Numbered from the stretch's first letter, positions 12,595 to 24,883 are shown. The stretch: DNA of 64,000 bases from Octopus sinensis (GCF_006345805.1 NC_043003.1:930001-994000), one strand, 5' to 3'. Notes: generated from the letters alone by a model not told the origin. Numbers and translations are program-made.

Positions 12595-13476
12595 GCACAA
12601 GGCCAGCAATTTCGGGGTGGTGAAGAGGGGTATAACACAATTACATTGACCCCCAGTGTTCAACTGGTATTTATTTTGTCGACACCGAAAGGATAAAAGA
12701 CAAAGTGGACCTCAGCGGAATTTGAACTCAGAACATAAAGACAGACGAAATGCCGCTGAGCAGTTTGCCCGGCGTGCTAACGACTCAGCCAGCTCAACAC
12801 CTTATATATAAGCTGCTGAGTAACGAGGAAGACGTGTGGCTTAGTGGCATTCGGCTCGTGACCGGAAGGCTGTGAGTTCGATTCCAGGCGGCAGTTGTTA
12901 CCTTGTCCAAGACACTATATAAAAGGTAAATATTCAAAGACCCCTTTATTACAATCCCGAATTGATCAAGACAGGTGCGCCATTCATCGCAAAAGGTTGG
13001 CGTGGATCCTAAGTAACCAAAGAAAGCCATCAAAGAAGAAATCCACGGCTGCTGGAACTAGTTCAAGGTGGTTGTCGTCGACAAGAGAGCGCAGGTGGAG
13101 GCCTTCTGCACGCAAAGGCGAAACCTATCCTTGCTGCTCCACTCGGGGTCGACAAAATAAGTACCAGTTGTGTACTGGAGTCGATCTAATCGACTGCCCC
13201 GTCCCCCAAAATTTCGGGCCTTGTGCCTAGAATAGAAAAGAATATATGTCCATAAAGGCGACGAGCTGGCAGAAACGTTAGCGCACCGGGCGAAATGCGT
13301 AGCCGTATTTCGTCTGTCTTTACGTTCTGAGTTCAAATTCCGCCGAGGTCGACTTTACCTTTCATCCTTTCGGGGGTCGATAAATTAAGTACCAGTTGCG
13401 TACTGGAGCCGATCTAATCGACTGGCCCCCACTCCCTCAAAATTTCGAACCTTGTGCCTAGAATAGAAAAGAATAT
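12595..13476. mobile_element. SINE cluster: family A (-) 12595-12800, family D head (+) ~12830-12915, family A tail ~13140-13245, family A (+) 13253-13476
   Basis: Shared head, B-box and tail GATCTAATCGACTGGCCCC...TTGTGCCTAGAATAGAAAAGAAT. Confidence 0.75.
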
Positions 13477-13497
13477 AGCTCTTTCTCAAGCTACTAT

Positions 13498-13640
13498 AAA
13501 ACCTGCTCGGGTCCCATTCGATTTTTCTGAGGGCGAATCAGAACTGGTTTCTGGTTCTATGGGGCGGTTGGTTTGGCATTGTTATTTATGGCTGAGTATG
13601 GGAATATTGTTTATGAAATTTTTGTGTGGGGTTTTATCGA
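13498..13640 (+). pseudogene. nad1: NUMT: decayed mitochondrial nad1 fragment
   Basis: PFDFSEGESELVSG, then after a ~10-nt deletion YGAVGLALLFMAEYGNI, matching the conserved ND1 segment APFDFxEGESELVSGFNxEYxxxGFALLFMAEY. Confidence 0.85.
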
Positions 13641-13880
13641 AACAGTTGAAACACTCCTGTCACAACCTGGGACCTTGAAAACTGCTTTAATGCAAGAAAG
13701 TATACTAGTCCCTTAATGTTTGATATTCAATATTTCATCTTTTCAATAAGACAATCAATACTTCATTTCATTTTACTATATATATCATTTATACTATATA
13801 TTCTATATTCTACATTAATATTCTAAAGAATATAAATAAAACATAAAAAACAGAGTTGGAATCTCTTTGAATAATATATG

Positions 13881-13973
<93 letters not shown>

Positions 13974-13975
<2 letters not shown>

Positions 13976-14252
13976 CAATTGCAGCGTGGAAGGTGTTTAT
14001 AAGCCATTTAAGAAACACACAAAAACCGTCAGATTCACTTCAACATTTAAATTTAATTTCCCCAAACATTTTCGTCGCTTTCAGACCGCGACCTGTTCAC
14101 TGACAAAACTTCTTGCTGCATCTCAGTGAACAGGTCGCAGTCTGAAAGCGACGAAAATATTTTGACAAATTAAATTTAAATGTTGAAGTGAATCTAACGG
14201 TTTTTGTGTGTTTCTTAAATGGCTTATAAACATCTTCCACGCTGCAATTGTT
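13974..14252. repeat. Near-perfect palindrome: 130-bp arms (13974-14103, 14123-14252) with a 19-nt spacer
   Basis: The arms are reverse complements with about 7 mismatches; each contains a hammerhead-like motif. Confidence 0.95.
14120..14169 (+). ncRNA. Type-I hammerhead-like motif with G3:C8 core variant (mirror copy on - in the left arm)
   Basis: UCA GUGAACA G GUCGC-AGUCUGAAA-GCGAC GAAA AUAUU U UGACAAA: stem II, GAAA, palindromic stem III (AAUAUU) and the stem I partner. Confidence 0.6.
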
Positions 14253-14339
14253 TTCGTTCCAGTACACGATCTCATACCAGGTCACTTGCTATGCAAGTAC
14301 ATCTCCGTAAATATATATATACTTGGAATTTACAATAAA

Positions 14340-14515
14340 AGAAACAAACAAAACAAAAGACGAAGACGGTGTGCAAACAACAAACAAATGTATTAGTTTT
14401 ACGCTTGGGAAGTGAGAAAGTCTTTTACGTTTCGAGCCTACGCTCTTCAACAGAAAGGAACACAGAAATTAAAGAGAGAAAATGAAAAAGGTTTAGTGGC
14501 TAGCGATCAATCATA
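14340..14515 (-). mobile_element. Solo partial copy of the Neptune PLE terminal repeat, including its hammerhead-like motif (14422-14457)
   Basis: Clearly similar to 15826-16010. Confidence 0.8.
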
Positions 14516-14540
14516 TATATTTGTGTGTATGTGCGCGCGC

Positions 14541-14574
<34 letters not shown>

Positions 14575-14608
14575 GCACGCACATATTTACCATATACATA
14601 ATATATAC

Positions 14609-14641
<33 letters not shown>

Positions 14642-14669
14642 TATATACCATATACATAATATATATATA

Positions 14670-14714
<45 letters not shown>

Positions 14715-15755
14715 GTATATGGTATATAGTGTGTGTATGTATATATATATTATAAATATACATGTATGGTATATATATATGTGTGTTTTTGCGTGTATCT
14801 ATATGTATGTATGTGTATATGTATGTATATATGTATGCATGTATTGTATATACGTATATACATACGCATCCGTCTGTAAAACACAGTGAGAAAAAATAGG
14901 AGGGAAAGTAGACCGGAGACAGGATTATAAGATGTAATTAGTAAAATAAAATAAAATAAAATATAAAGAAAAGAACAAAATATTTAAAAGAAGAACTGGA
15001 AAAAAATGAAATAATGAAGAAAATGAGGCAAAACGAAAGAAAAAAAATGAACAAGTACAACAACAACAACAACAACAATCACAACAGAAATGAGAACGAC
15101 AACAATAACCACAACAACAATAATACCGACAACAACAGTAACTGCAACAACAAATGGTATATGAATAAAAATCAATAGATGTGAAATTCCAAAACAGGTC
15201 GTAACATCACGTGACGGAATATAATTTATCTTCTTATCGATCTTTCTCAGGTTTCTGTTCTTCGCAGAATATCGTAATAGTCGTCGTCGTCGTCGTCGTC
15301 GTCGCCGTAATCGTCATCATAATGCGCGCGTGCGTGTGAGGGGCTGCAGTGATGATCTCGAGATCGTGGTTTCGGTTTCCGGACCAGGCGGTGTTCTGCG
15401 ATCATTCCGACAGCTAACGTGCGCCACATTTGTGCACCTGTACAGGTAATGCCGAATTGATGGAGGGAACCAGCTTATTTACAGCACAACCATTTCAAAG
15501 CATCCACTCAAGCTGTCCATCAAGGAATTGCGGATCCCTAATCCCTCGTCTAACGACGGGGAAAGGGTCCACTATATATGTGTGTGTGTATGTGTGTCTG
15601 CACACGCACACACACACACACACATCTGTCTTTGTATGCATGTACGTATGTATCTATCCATCTCTCTACTAGTACATATACATACATATATATACATACA
15701 TATATCTCTCTCTCGATATATATATATGTATATATATATATGTATATATATATTA

Positions 15756-15817
<62 letters not shown>

Positions 15818-15825
15818 AGAGTTTA

Positions 15826-18800
15826 CGGAAAAAAAAAACAAAAGACGAAGACAGGTGGTGTACAAAACAAACAGATGTATTAGTATAACGCTCAGGAATA
15901 GAAAAAGTCTTTCACGTTTCGAACCTACGCTCTTCGACAGAAAGGGACACAGAAAAAAAAACAAGGAGAGAAAAAAATGCGTGTAGTGGCTAACGATCTA
16001 TCATGGCGTCTGACTTGGACAGAAGGGTCACACGCGAGAAGGAAAGTAGGGGATATAACAAGGTAAAGATGACGCCCCAACACGAAGGTGCGTGTGTGTA
16101 TAAGAGAGTATGTATGTGCGTGTGAAAGAGGGCTTGTGGTCTGGACGTGTGCGTGTATGTATGTGTAGGGGTGAAGATGTGGGGATGGGTGTGTGGGTGG
16201 TGCGTTGTGATGTGATGTGTAATGTTGTATGGTGTAGTGTGGTGTCGTGTGATGTTGTTGGGAGGTCGAGGGAGGCGAGAGTGGAGAAAGCACGGGTGGG
16301 GTGTGGGTTCGGCTGAGGGTTGGGGCAGAGTTGGAGTTTGTGGGTGGGCAGAGGGTGTGGGTATAAGTGGGGTATGTGGGGGAGGGTGTATGGGATAGGA
16401 TGGGGGGATGGGAAGGATAGGGAAGTTGGAGTAGGGACGTGTGAGGGTGGGTGGGCTTATGGGAGAGGGGAAGGTGGGTAAGTGAGGAGAGAGAGGAGGA
16501 GAGAAGAGAGAAAGAGAGTAAGAGAGAAGAGAGAAAGAGAGGGTGAAAGAGTAGGAGAGAAGAGAGAAAGAGAATAAGAGGGAAGAGGGAAAGAGGGGAG
16601 AGAAAGAGAGAAAGAGCGTAGGAGAGAAGAGAGAAAGAGAAAAAGAGAGTAAGAGAGAAGAGGGAGAGAGAATAGGGGGAAGAGAGGAGAGAAAGAGAGT
16701 GAGGGAGGGAGCAGAGAGAAAGAGAGAAGAGAGAAAGAGAGTAGGGGTGAAAAGATGTAGGAGTGAAGAGAAGTAGGAGTCGGGGAGGAGGTTAGATGAA
16801 GAGGGGAGGAGAGTTGAGCCCAAATGGCGTAAAAGCGAAGAGAGAAGATTAATCCTTGTTCACGACGCAAACGGGAGTCCGGATGGCCTCTGTGCAAGGA
16901 CAATCCGAACACAGACAAGACAAGTGTTGCAAGGAGTGACTGGTGGAGCGGAAATGGCGTGAGACCGGGGTGTCATTGCCGAGGCGGATGTCTCGGAGGT
17001 GTTCCGCGAACCGGTCAGGCAAGCGGCGTCCCGTTTGTCCGATGTACAAGGAATGGCAGAGAGAGCAGGAGATGCAATAGATGATATTGCTGGAGATGCA
17101 GGTGAAGGAGTCGATGGTGCGATAGGGTCGATGATGGGTGCCGGTGAGGAGGGTGGTGTTGGAGAGGTAAGGGCAAGTGCGGCAGCGTGGGCGGGAGAAG
17201 AGGAACGAGCCAGGTTGGGAGGTAGGGTTGGGGAAGAAGCTGTGGACCAAGAGGTCTCGTAGGTTGTGGGAGGGGTCGGTTAGGGAAGATGTATGAAGTG
17301 GACGGGTCGGACTGGAGATGCCGGAAAACTTGGAGAATGGTGCGTTGGAGAGGTAGGGTGGTGGGGGTGGTAGGTGAGGGTAAAGGGAGGCGGGGGACTG
17401 CAGAGCGAGTTCGGAGGGAGAGAGCAGATTCACGGTCCACGGAACGTGCTCTGGCAAGGGCGGTGTGGATAGTGGTGAGGGGATATCCACGTAGGATGAA
17501 GTAGCGAGCCATGAGTTGAGACTGAGTCTCAAAGTCATGGTCGTCACTACAGAGCCTGCGTAGACGGAGGAATTGGGAATAGGGGATGGAAAGCTTGGTG
17601 TCTTTGAGGTGGGAGGAGAAGTTTAGGTATGAGTGTGAGTCTGTGTGTTTGTAGTGGATGGAGGTGGTAAGAGTGGAGTGATGAATGCTGACCGAAATGT
17701 CAAGAAAGGAGATAGAGGTGTCAGAGATAGTGTAGGAGAAGTGGAGAGCAGGATGGAAAGATTTGACGAAAGAGAGGAAGGAGTCTAGCTGTTCGCGGGA
17801 GAGTGAGGTGGCACCGATACAGTCGTCAATATAACGGCCATATAGATCGGGAGTGAGACCAATGAAATTAGAGAATATTTGGGCCTCAACATAGCCAACG
17901 AACAGGTTCGCATAGTTGGGGCCCATTCTCGTTCCCATGGCCACTCTCGAAATTTGCTGGTAGAACTCGCCCGCGAACGAGAAGCAATTGAGTGAGAGGA
18001 CAAGTTCGGCCAGACGAACGAGTGCGGAGATGTCGGGTTGGGGATTGGGTCGGAGGTCCAGGAAGTGTTTCAGTGCACGCAGCCCCTCGTGGTGAGGGAT
18101 CACAGTGTAGAGGCTCTGGATGTCCATTGTAAAGAGAAGTTTGGAGGAGCCAGGAGGGAAGGAGAAAGAGTTGAATAGACGAAGAGCATGATCGGTGTCA
18201 TGGATGTGAGAAGAGAAGTCACTAGGGGGGCAAGGACACGGTTGAGATATTTGGAGATAAGCTCGGTGGGGCAGTTACAGGCGGAGACGAAGGGGCGGCC
18301 AGGGTTGTTGGGTCTGGGGATTTGGGGGAGAAAGTAAATGGTGGGGGTGCGGGGTGTTCGGACAATGATGTCGGATGCGGTGTGGGGGGACAGGAGGACG
18401 AGATGAGGTCATGGATGGTAGAGGAGACCATCTGTTGGTAGCTGGGCGTATGGTCAGAGGACAGAGGACAGTAGAAGGAGATGTCATGGAGTTGGCGGAG
18501 AGTTTCGGCCTTGTAGATGTCCACGCGCCATACCGCCACAGCTCCACCCTTGTCGGCCGGTTTAATAACGATGTCAGTGCGCCGTCGGAGGGAACGAAGA
18601 GCCGAGAGTTCGGCTGAAGAGATGTTGAGACGACGGGGACGCCTGGAGAAGTTGAACCGCTCCAAAGCGCGCTGACAGGCGCCCGCAAAAAGATCCACTA
18701 CTTGGAACTGGCCAGGATCAGGCGTCCACTGGGATGGTCGGCGGCCCAGGTCAGTGAAGCTGTCCTTCTCGTTTGATGCGGGGGGAGTGTCGCGGAAAAG

Positions 18801-19215
18801 CGCACACAACCTAACGCGGCGCACAAAGCTGTGGATATCAGCACGGGTCTGAAATTCCTTACAGGATGGAGTGAGGGGGATGAAACACAGACCCCTACTG
18901 AGGATGGAGCGCTCCGCCACAGAGAGGGTAAAATCTGGGGGAATGGTAACAACAGACTGAAGTGGAGAAGGGGTGGATGGAATAGAAGTAAGAAGGGTGG
19001 ATGGAATAGAAGTAGGAGGGGTGGATAGGGTGGAGGTAGGAGGGGTGGTAGGGCTGGTGGAAGGCTGGGGGATGTGTGAGGGGGTTCTGGAGGGACAGGG
19101 GGTTGGGTGTGGGTGGGTGGAGCATATCAGGGGGGAGAAGGATAGTGGCATCGGGTGTGATGGAATGGAGGAGTGAGTGGAGTTTACGAAGTTTGGTGTT
19201 GGCAAGAAATTGAGG
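15826..19215 (-). mobile_element. Penelope-like retroelement (Neptune-type), 5'-truncated and frameshifted: RT, GIY-YIG endonuclease and 3' terminal repeat
   Basis: ILSRGLCFIP, IVIKPADKGGAVAVW, YFLPQIPRPNNPGRPFVS, MDIQSLYTVIPH, VAMGTRMGPNYANLF, YGRYIDD; GIY-YIG SNIIYCISCSLCHSLYIGQTGRRLPDRFAEH; spread over several frames. Confidence 0.93.
15909..15944 (-). ncRNA. Minimal type-I hammerhead-like motif (A6U core; G at position 17) in the PLE terminal repeat
   Basis: CUUU CUGUCGA A GAGC GUAG GUUC GAAA CG U G AAAG. Confidence 0.55.
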
Positions 19216-19221
19216 AAAATG

Positions 19222-19279
<58 letters not shown>

Positions 19280-19307
19280 GAGAGAGGAGAGAGAGAGAGA
19301 GAGAGAG

Positions 19308-19386
<79 letters not shown>

Positions 19387-19403
19387 GAGAGAGATAGATA
19401 GAT

Positions 19404-19486
<83 letters not shown>

Positions 19487-19527
19487 TAGATAGATAGATA
19501 GAGATAGATAGATAGAGATAGATAGAT

Positions 19528-19610
<83 letters not shown>
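19222..19610. repeat. (GATA)n microsatellite, followed by a family A SINE (19608-19802, +)
   Basis: Direct sequence. Confidence 0.9.
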
Positions 19611-19611
<1 letters not shown>

Positions 19612-19879
19612 GCGAGCTGGTAGATACGTTAGCACCACGGGCAAATGATTAGCCATATTTCGTCTGTCTTTACGTTCTGAGTTCAAATTCCGACGAGGGT
19701 GTCTTTGCCTTTCATCCTTTCGGGGTCGATAAATTAAGTACCGGTTGCGTACTGGCCCCCTTTCCAAAAGTTTCGGTCCTTATGCCTAGAGTAGTATGCC
19801 TAGGGTGTGCGTATATATATATATATATATATATGTAGATTCCACATGATGTGGCAGAATGAATTTTATGTGTGAATAG

Positions 19880-20480
19880 TTACTTGTGTATGTATTCTGT
19901 TAATGTTTGTTAAGTCTCGGTTAGTATTTTAGTATGAAAGTATTTTCTTTGTTTATCCGTGCTTCATCTGTGGTATTCGCTGAATATAGGTAGAGTGGGA
20001 AGACCTGGAATTTGGTGAGGGGCTTAGTTTTTGCACATATGTCTCTGTGAGCAGTGAGTGAAATCTGTCAAATACTAGATTCTCGTATTTGTTGTCGGTG
20101 AATGGTCAGTCTACTTCTTAGAGTAAGCCTTGTTTGATCTATTTAATCTTCATTACATCCTAGACATTCCTTGAAGAACATGTAAAGTGATTTTTTATGG
20201 TAAAATTCCGTCCTGATTTGAATTTGTATGTTGAGTCTTTAATAAGGTTGATGCAGGTGCCGTAATTGGGGCGGCAAGCTTCAAGCACTAGTCAGAAGGA
20301 AGACGGCTGCGACATAAACCATGTCGTTCTATTTGAACTTTTTAAAAATCAGTGTAAGCTGTGAAACCGGTTAAAGCTTTAAATATATGAATAAAAAGTA
20401 TTCTATTCTTAATGTATTTCCAACTTCTACTTAAAATACTTTTTATTCATATATCTAAAGCTTTAACCGGTTTCACAGAT
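19880..20480 (-). mobile_element. Decayed PLE of a second family: GIY-YIG C-terminus plus an inverted terminal-repeat remnant
   Basis: The - strand reads CRPNYGTC...FTCSSRNV...CLGCNED*IDQT...RLTIHRQQIR...CAKTKP; a 44-bp inverted repeat lies at 20359-20402 and 20435-20478. Confidence 0.7.
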
Positions 20481-20869
20481 CCTTTCTCGCATCATAGGGC
20501 CAACTTTCTGATTTTCCTGGCATATATATTTCCCACCTGGACGGGACGCTAGTCCATCGCAGGATTACTCATTTTTGCCAGCTGAGTGGACTGCAGCAAC
20601 GGGAAATGAAGTGTTTTCCCCCGGACCACAACTCACCAGCGATGCTTGAATAAATATCCTAAAGATCTCATGACGATCTCATGTACCTGTTACGAGATTA
20701 CTGCAGCCAGTGGAAAGGAAAAGTATCGAGTTCATGATTATAAAACACCAGCTTGGATGGTCTGGTCGTCTTGTTCCTTTAGAGGATTCCTCCATTGCAA
20801 TTTGCGATGCAAATTGTTACTTCTTTGATACTCGAAGCAAAACGGTACTACAATAATTCACGACGATAA

Positions 20870-22745
20870 TCGATAGAATTGCTATTCATGACACTAATTT
20901 TTAATATTGCTGTTCCCGACACTAATCGATTACGTTTGCTATTTCCGACGCTAATCGCTACCCATACAATTTACGACATTAATCAGTACCATTGTTATTC
21001 TCGACCCTAATCGTTACCATTACTCCTTCCGACGCTAATCGTTAGAATTGACATTCATGACACTAAGTTTTACCATTGCTTTTCCCGACACAAATCGTTA
21101 CCATTCCTGTTCTGTCGTTAAACGTTACAATTATCATTAATGTCACTAACTCTCACCATTGTTCTTCCCGACGCTAATCGCTAACCTTTGACAATTCCTA
21201 TGCTAAAGGTTACAGATACCATTCGCGACGTTAATCAATACCACGGTAATCTTTATAATTCCTATTCCCGACAGAAACCGGTGCAATTGCCATTCATCAC
21301 TAATATTTACCATTGCTGTTTCCGATGCTAATAGTTAAAGTTACTATTCTTGAAACTAATTGTTACCATTGCTGTTCCTGATACTAATTGGTACCACTGC
21401 TATTTACGACGTTACTGTTACCGTTCTCGACTTCAATCTTCTGCAGTACCATCCACGATGCTAAACCTAACCATTGCCAAATCCGACGCTTTTCATTAGT
21501 ATTAACTTTTTCGACTCTTATCGTTACCATTCGCTTCAATCGCACCCACTGTCGTTTTCAACATTAATATTTAGCTTATCGTTCGTATTACCTTAGAAAG
21601 GAAAGAAATCTTGAACGCGGGAAAATAGTTGCGAAAACAGACATATAAAATATAGAATGCCCGCGCATTGAGCTAAACGACACACCCCGATAGTCATCCT
21701 CCTTTATAACGGTAAATAATAGATTTTGGAATGTGAGAACATATTTATAACAATGACATTCACATGCTAAAAAATATAGGTTAGCCTTATAAAAAAAATG
21801 GGCATTTGTTGTTAGAGATCGTTTATCTCAATGGTACAGACAGCTCAGCCGCAGTTTGAGATGTGCAGGTTTCGATTCTCTGTACTAGCCTGCTTTGCAA
21901 TTTTATTATTATTTTTTTTTGTCTATAAGGTTATTTTACCCGAACATCTTATATCTATAGCTGTTGTCTTGCGTTCGAGATTTCCTTCATTTCTAAAATA
22001 CCAACTCATTCAGCGCTGCAATGTCTGTTTATAAAAATGATGGTATTACCATTCCTGAACGCCGATCTTTACCATTGTATTTCCCAACCCTAGTCGTTAC
22101 CATTCTTACGCCCGATCTTAACCGTTAATACTACTATTGTGGATGCCAGTCGTTAGCATTACCAGTCATGAAGACTAATCGTATCCATCGTATTTTCCGA
22201 CGCTAATCTTTGCAATTGCTTTTTCGATGCTAATCTTTACCATTGCCACTTCTAGCACCAATCGTTTCCTTTGACATTCCCGATGCTAATCGTTACCATT
22301 GCTATTCCCGACGTTTATCTTTAGCATTGCCAGTTCTAATCTTAATCTTTACCATTGCCATTCTCGACGCTAATCGTTACTCTTGTTATTCCGACGCCAA
22401 TCTTCAGCCTCGCTAATTTTTTGCATTGCTGTCACCGATACTCATCGTTGCCGTTTGGATTTCCCACAGTAATCGTTACAATTGCTTTGCTCGCGCTTTA
22501 TCATTACCCAGTTATTCTTCAGCATTACCATTCCAGGTGCCTACCTTTAGTATCATCTTTCTCGACGATATTCGCAAGTATTTCCATTTTTGTTGCTAAT
22601 CTTTACTATCGCCATTCCCGACGCTAATCGTTACCATTGCATTTCCCGACGCTAATCGTTACCATTGCATTTCCCGACGCTAATCGTTACCATTGCTCTT
22701 TCTGATGTTAACATTTCTTATTTTCATTTCCGGTGCTCATAGTTA
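20870..22745. repeat. 28-bp minisatellite in two blocks (20870-21560, 22045-22745); consensus close to CATTGCATTTCCCGACGCTAATCGTTAC
   Basis: Exact period 28 at 22621/22649/22677; the other units are degenerate. Confidence 0.9.
21816..21891 (+). pseudogene. Degenerate tRNA-like sequence (tRNA pseudogene or SINE head)
   Basis: A-box-like TCTCAATGGTA, stem-loop CTCAG-CCGCAGT-TTGAG, B-box-like GGTTTCGATTC and a T-run downstream; the acceptor stem pairs poorly. Confidence 0.35.
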
Positions 22746-22777
22746 TAATTACCATTCCAACGTTCATATTAATAATA

Positions 22778-23030
22778 AGGTGCGTGGCTTAGTGGTTAGG
22801 GGTATTGGGCTTATGATCGTAAGATTGTGGTTTCGATTCCTGGACCGGGCGATGCGTTGTGTTCTTGAGCAAGACACTTCATTTCACGTTGCTCCAGTCC
22901 ACTCAGCTGGCAAAACTGAGTAACCCTGCGACTGACCGGCATTCCGTCCGGGTAGGGAATATATACATTATTGAAACCGGGAAACCGGCCCCCATGAGCC
23001 TGACATGGCTCGAGAAGGAAACATTTATTT
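22778..23030 (+). mobile_element. tRNA-derived SINE, family D; related pieces at 20527-20632 (-), 33990-34270 and 38645-38760
   Basis: Head GGTGCGTGGCTTAGTGGTTAGG...GGTTTCGATTCC and centre GTTGTGTTCTTGAGCAAGACACTT...CCACTCAGCTGGCAAAA. Confidence 0.8.
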
Positions 23031-24883
23031 GTTTATTTAATTTTGGCAGAAGGGAAGCAATTTTTGAGGGTCGGGAGAAGCCTTTACGTTGACTCCAGTA
23101 CTTAATTATTTCGTTATTTCATCAACCCGAAAATCACGAAAAGTGATGTCGGCCTTTGTTGAATTTGAACTCGGTATATAGAGAGCCGGAGGAAAAGCTG
23201 TGAAGTATTTTGTGACGTTCTCTCGATTTTTCCAGTCCACTGTTCTCAGTAGAATCTGTATTAAAATTGCTCCAGCTGTGGCTGTGATCACTCCATCATT
23301 TTCTTATGTACTGAAACCCATGCGAACATTTTTTTAATGACAGGTCACGAATTGAGGATGGTTTACCAATTATTTCTAACACGTCGAACGTCCATGTATA
23401 GGCTTCATCCATGAGGTTTTCTAAAATGTGTTATGGTGGAACAGCAACGAAGTAAAAAGGATTTGCAATATCAAAATATTCCAACTTAATTTGATACTAA
23501 ATATACACAAAAAAACTTCTCCAACTCGTATTTGATTTGAACGAGAGTTCGAAACGGAAGTCACCGAGTCTAGCTTACGTAGCGGAAGTGTGACATCTCC
23601 AGCAGTTTGTCCAATAAGCATTGGGCTGTCAGATAAATTCGTCCGTGTGTTTGTCTCTATTGTTTTTCTACTTTTGTTTATTTGGCACTCGATCGTCATA
23701 TGTCCGGGAAGAGACAGAATTTATTCAGATTTCAAAAGTGACAAATGAAAGTTAGAGAGGAAGAACAGAGCAACAGAAACCCAGAAAACACAACGAGGAA
23801 AAAATATCTTTCGTGCTAATTCAAATAGGATTAAAATACATGGAAAACAACAACAAAAAAAAAGATGTGGTGGTGGTGTATGAACGAATATATCCGACAA
23901 TCCAGTTGGTGCAATGAGACAGTCCTTCTGTCACTGTATGGATTTAGAAACAATGTCAGTTGTTGTTGTTGTTGTTGCTGAGATTTCAGATGCAGAACGA
24001 ACGTGACTAGATCTTGGGTTTAACTGAGATTAGTTAAAAATAGAGGAACTGTGTAAATAATTCCTAAATAGTGAATATATGCCTAAAGACAGGTCAAACA
24101 AGGCTCTTAGAATATCAACAGCAAAATAATAATAATAATAATAATAACAAAGAAAAGAAAGAAAAAAGAAAATTGGTGCAAAGTAATTTAAAAGGAAGTC
24201 AATGGCAAATAATGTGAGTCCATGTGCGAAGTACGAGGCTGGATGTAGACTTGATAAGGTCGAAAGCTATATATAAACTATGAAAACCCCTTGAAGAAGA
24301 TCTCGTAAAAATTGAAAGCATACCTTGAATAACTTTTTGGTCCCTGCATGATATAATCCGTGCCTAAATGTACATGGTTTGCATTTTTGTAGAAAACTCC
24401 GTTGCGCTGTATAAATATCATAAACAGCTTCCATTTCTTCGCAGAGTATAGTTTTGATCAAGCGAGACCTTCGGACTCTTGGCTCAGGACGCTTCCATTG
24501 TACCACTCTGCTCAACGAGTGGTTTAGCAAACGTCTGATGTATTATGCCTCACACTGTCTGTTCTGGGTCCCATTACTGGCATCACATCATCCGTTGCAT
24601 GTCATTTACTTATTCGTTATTAACTTCTATGCTTTAAACTATTTCAAATGTATGAAATTTAGCAAGTGCATAATACATTCTGCGGCACTGCGATGTCAAT
24701 TTGCCGACTGGAAGGTGATATTTCACTCAACCGATACTCCAAGAATCACATTTGACGAACCACAGACATAGATCTAGATTGTTGCAAATTTTTCTGGGTC
24801 TCTCTTCATTTTTCACTTCCAGAAGCAAATAAATTCTATAAGCTCGGCGCAGCATAGGAGGTTAGCTTGCTAATGGACATATA

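Noticed and set aside
15268-15445. Apparent exon between TTCGCAG| and CAG|GTAATG
   Set aside because: It overlaps a (GTC)n repeat and a SINE-like head (GATCGTGGTTTCGGTTTCCGGACC), with no coding support.
21831-22034. ORF MVQTAQ...FSVLACFAILLLFFFVYK as a possible signal-anchor exon of GAL3ST
   Set aside because: The hydrophobicity comes from a T-run after a tRNA-like sequence; there is no good donor, and 37967-37992 fits in phase.
20870-22745. CRISPR-like appearance of the 28-bp repeats
   Set aside because: The units are contiguous with no unique spacers, the context is eukaryotic, and there are no cas genes.
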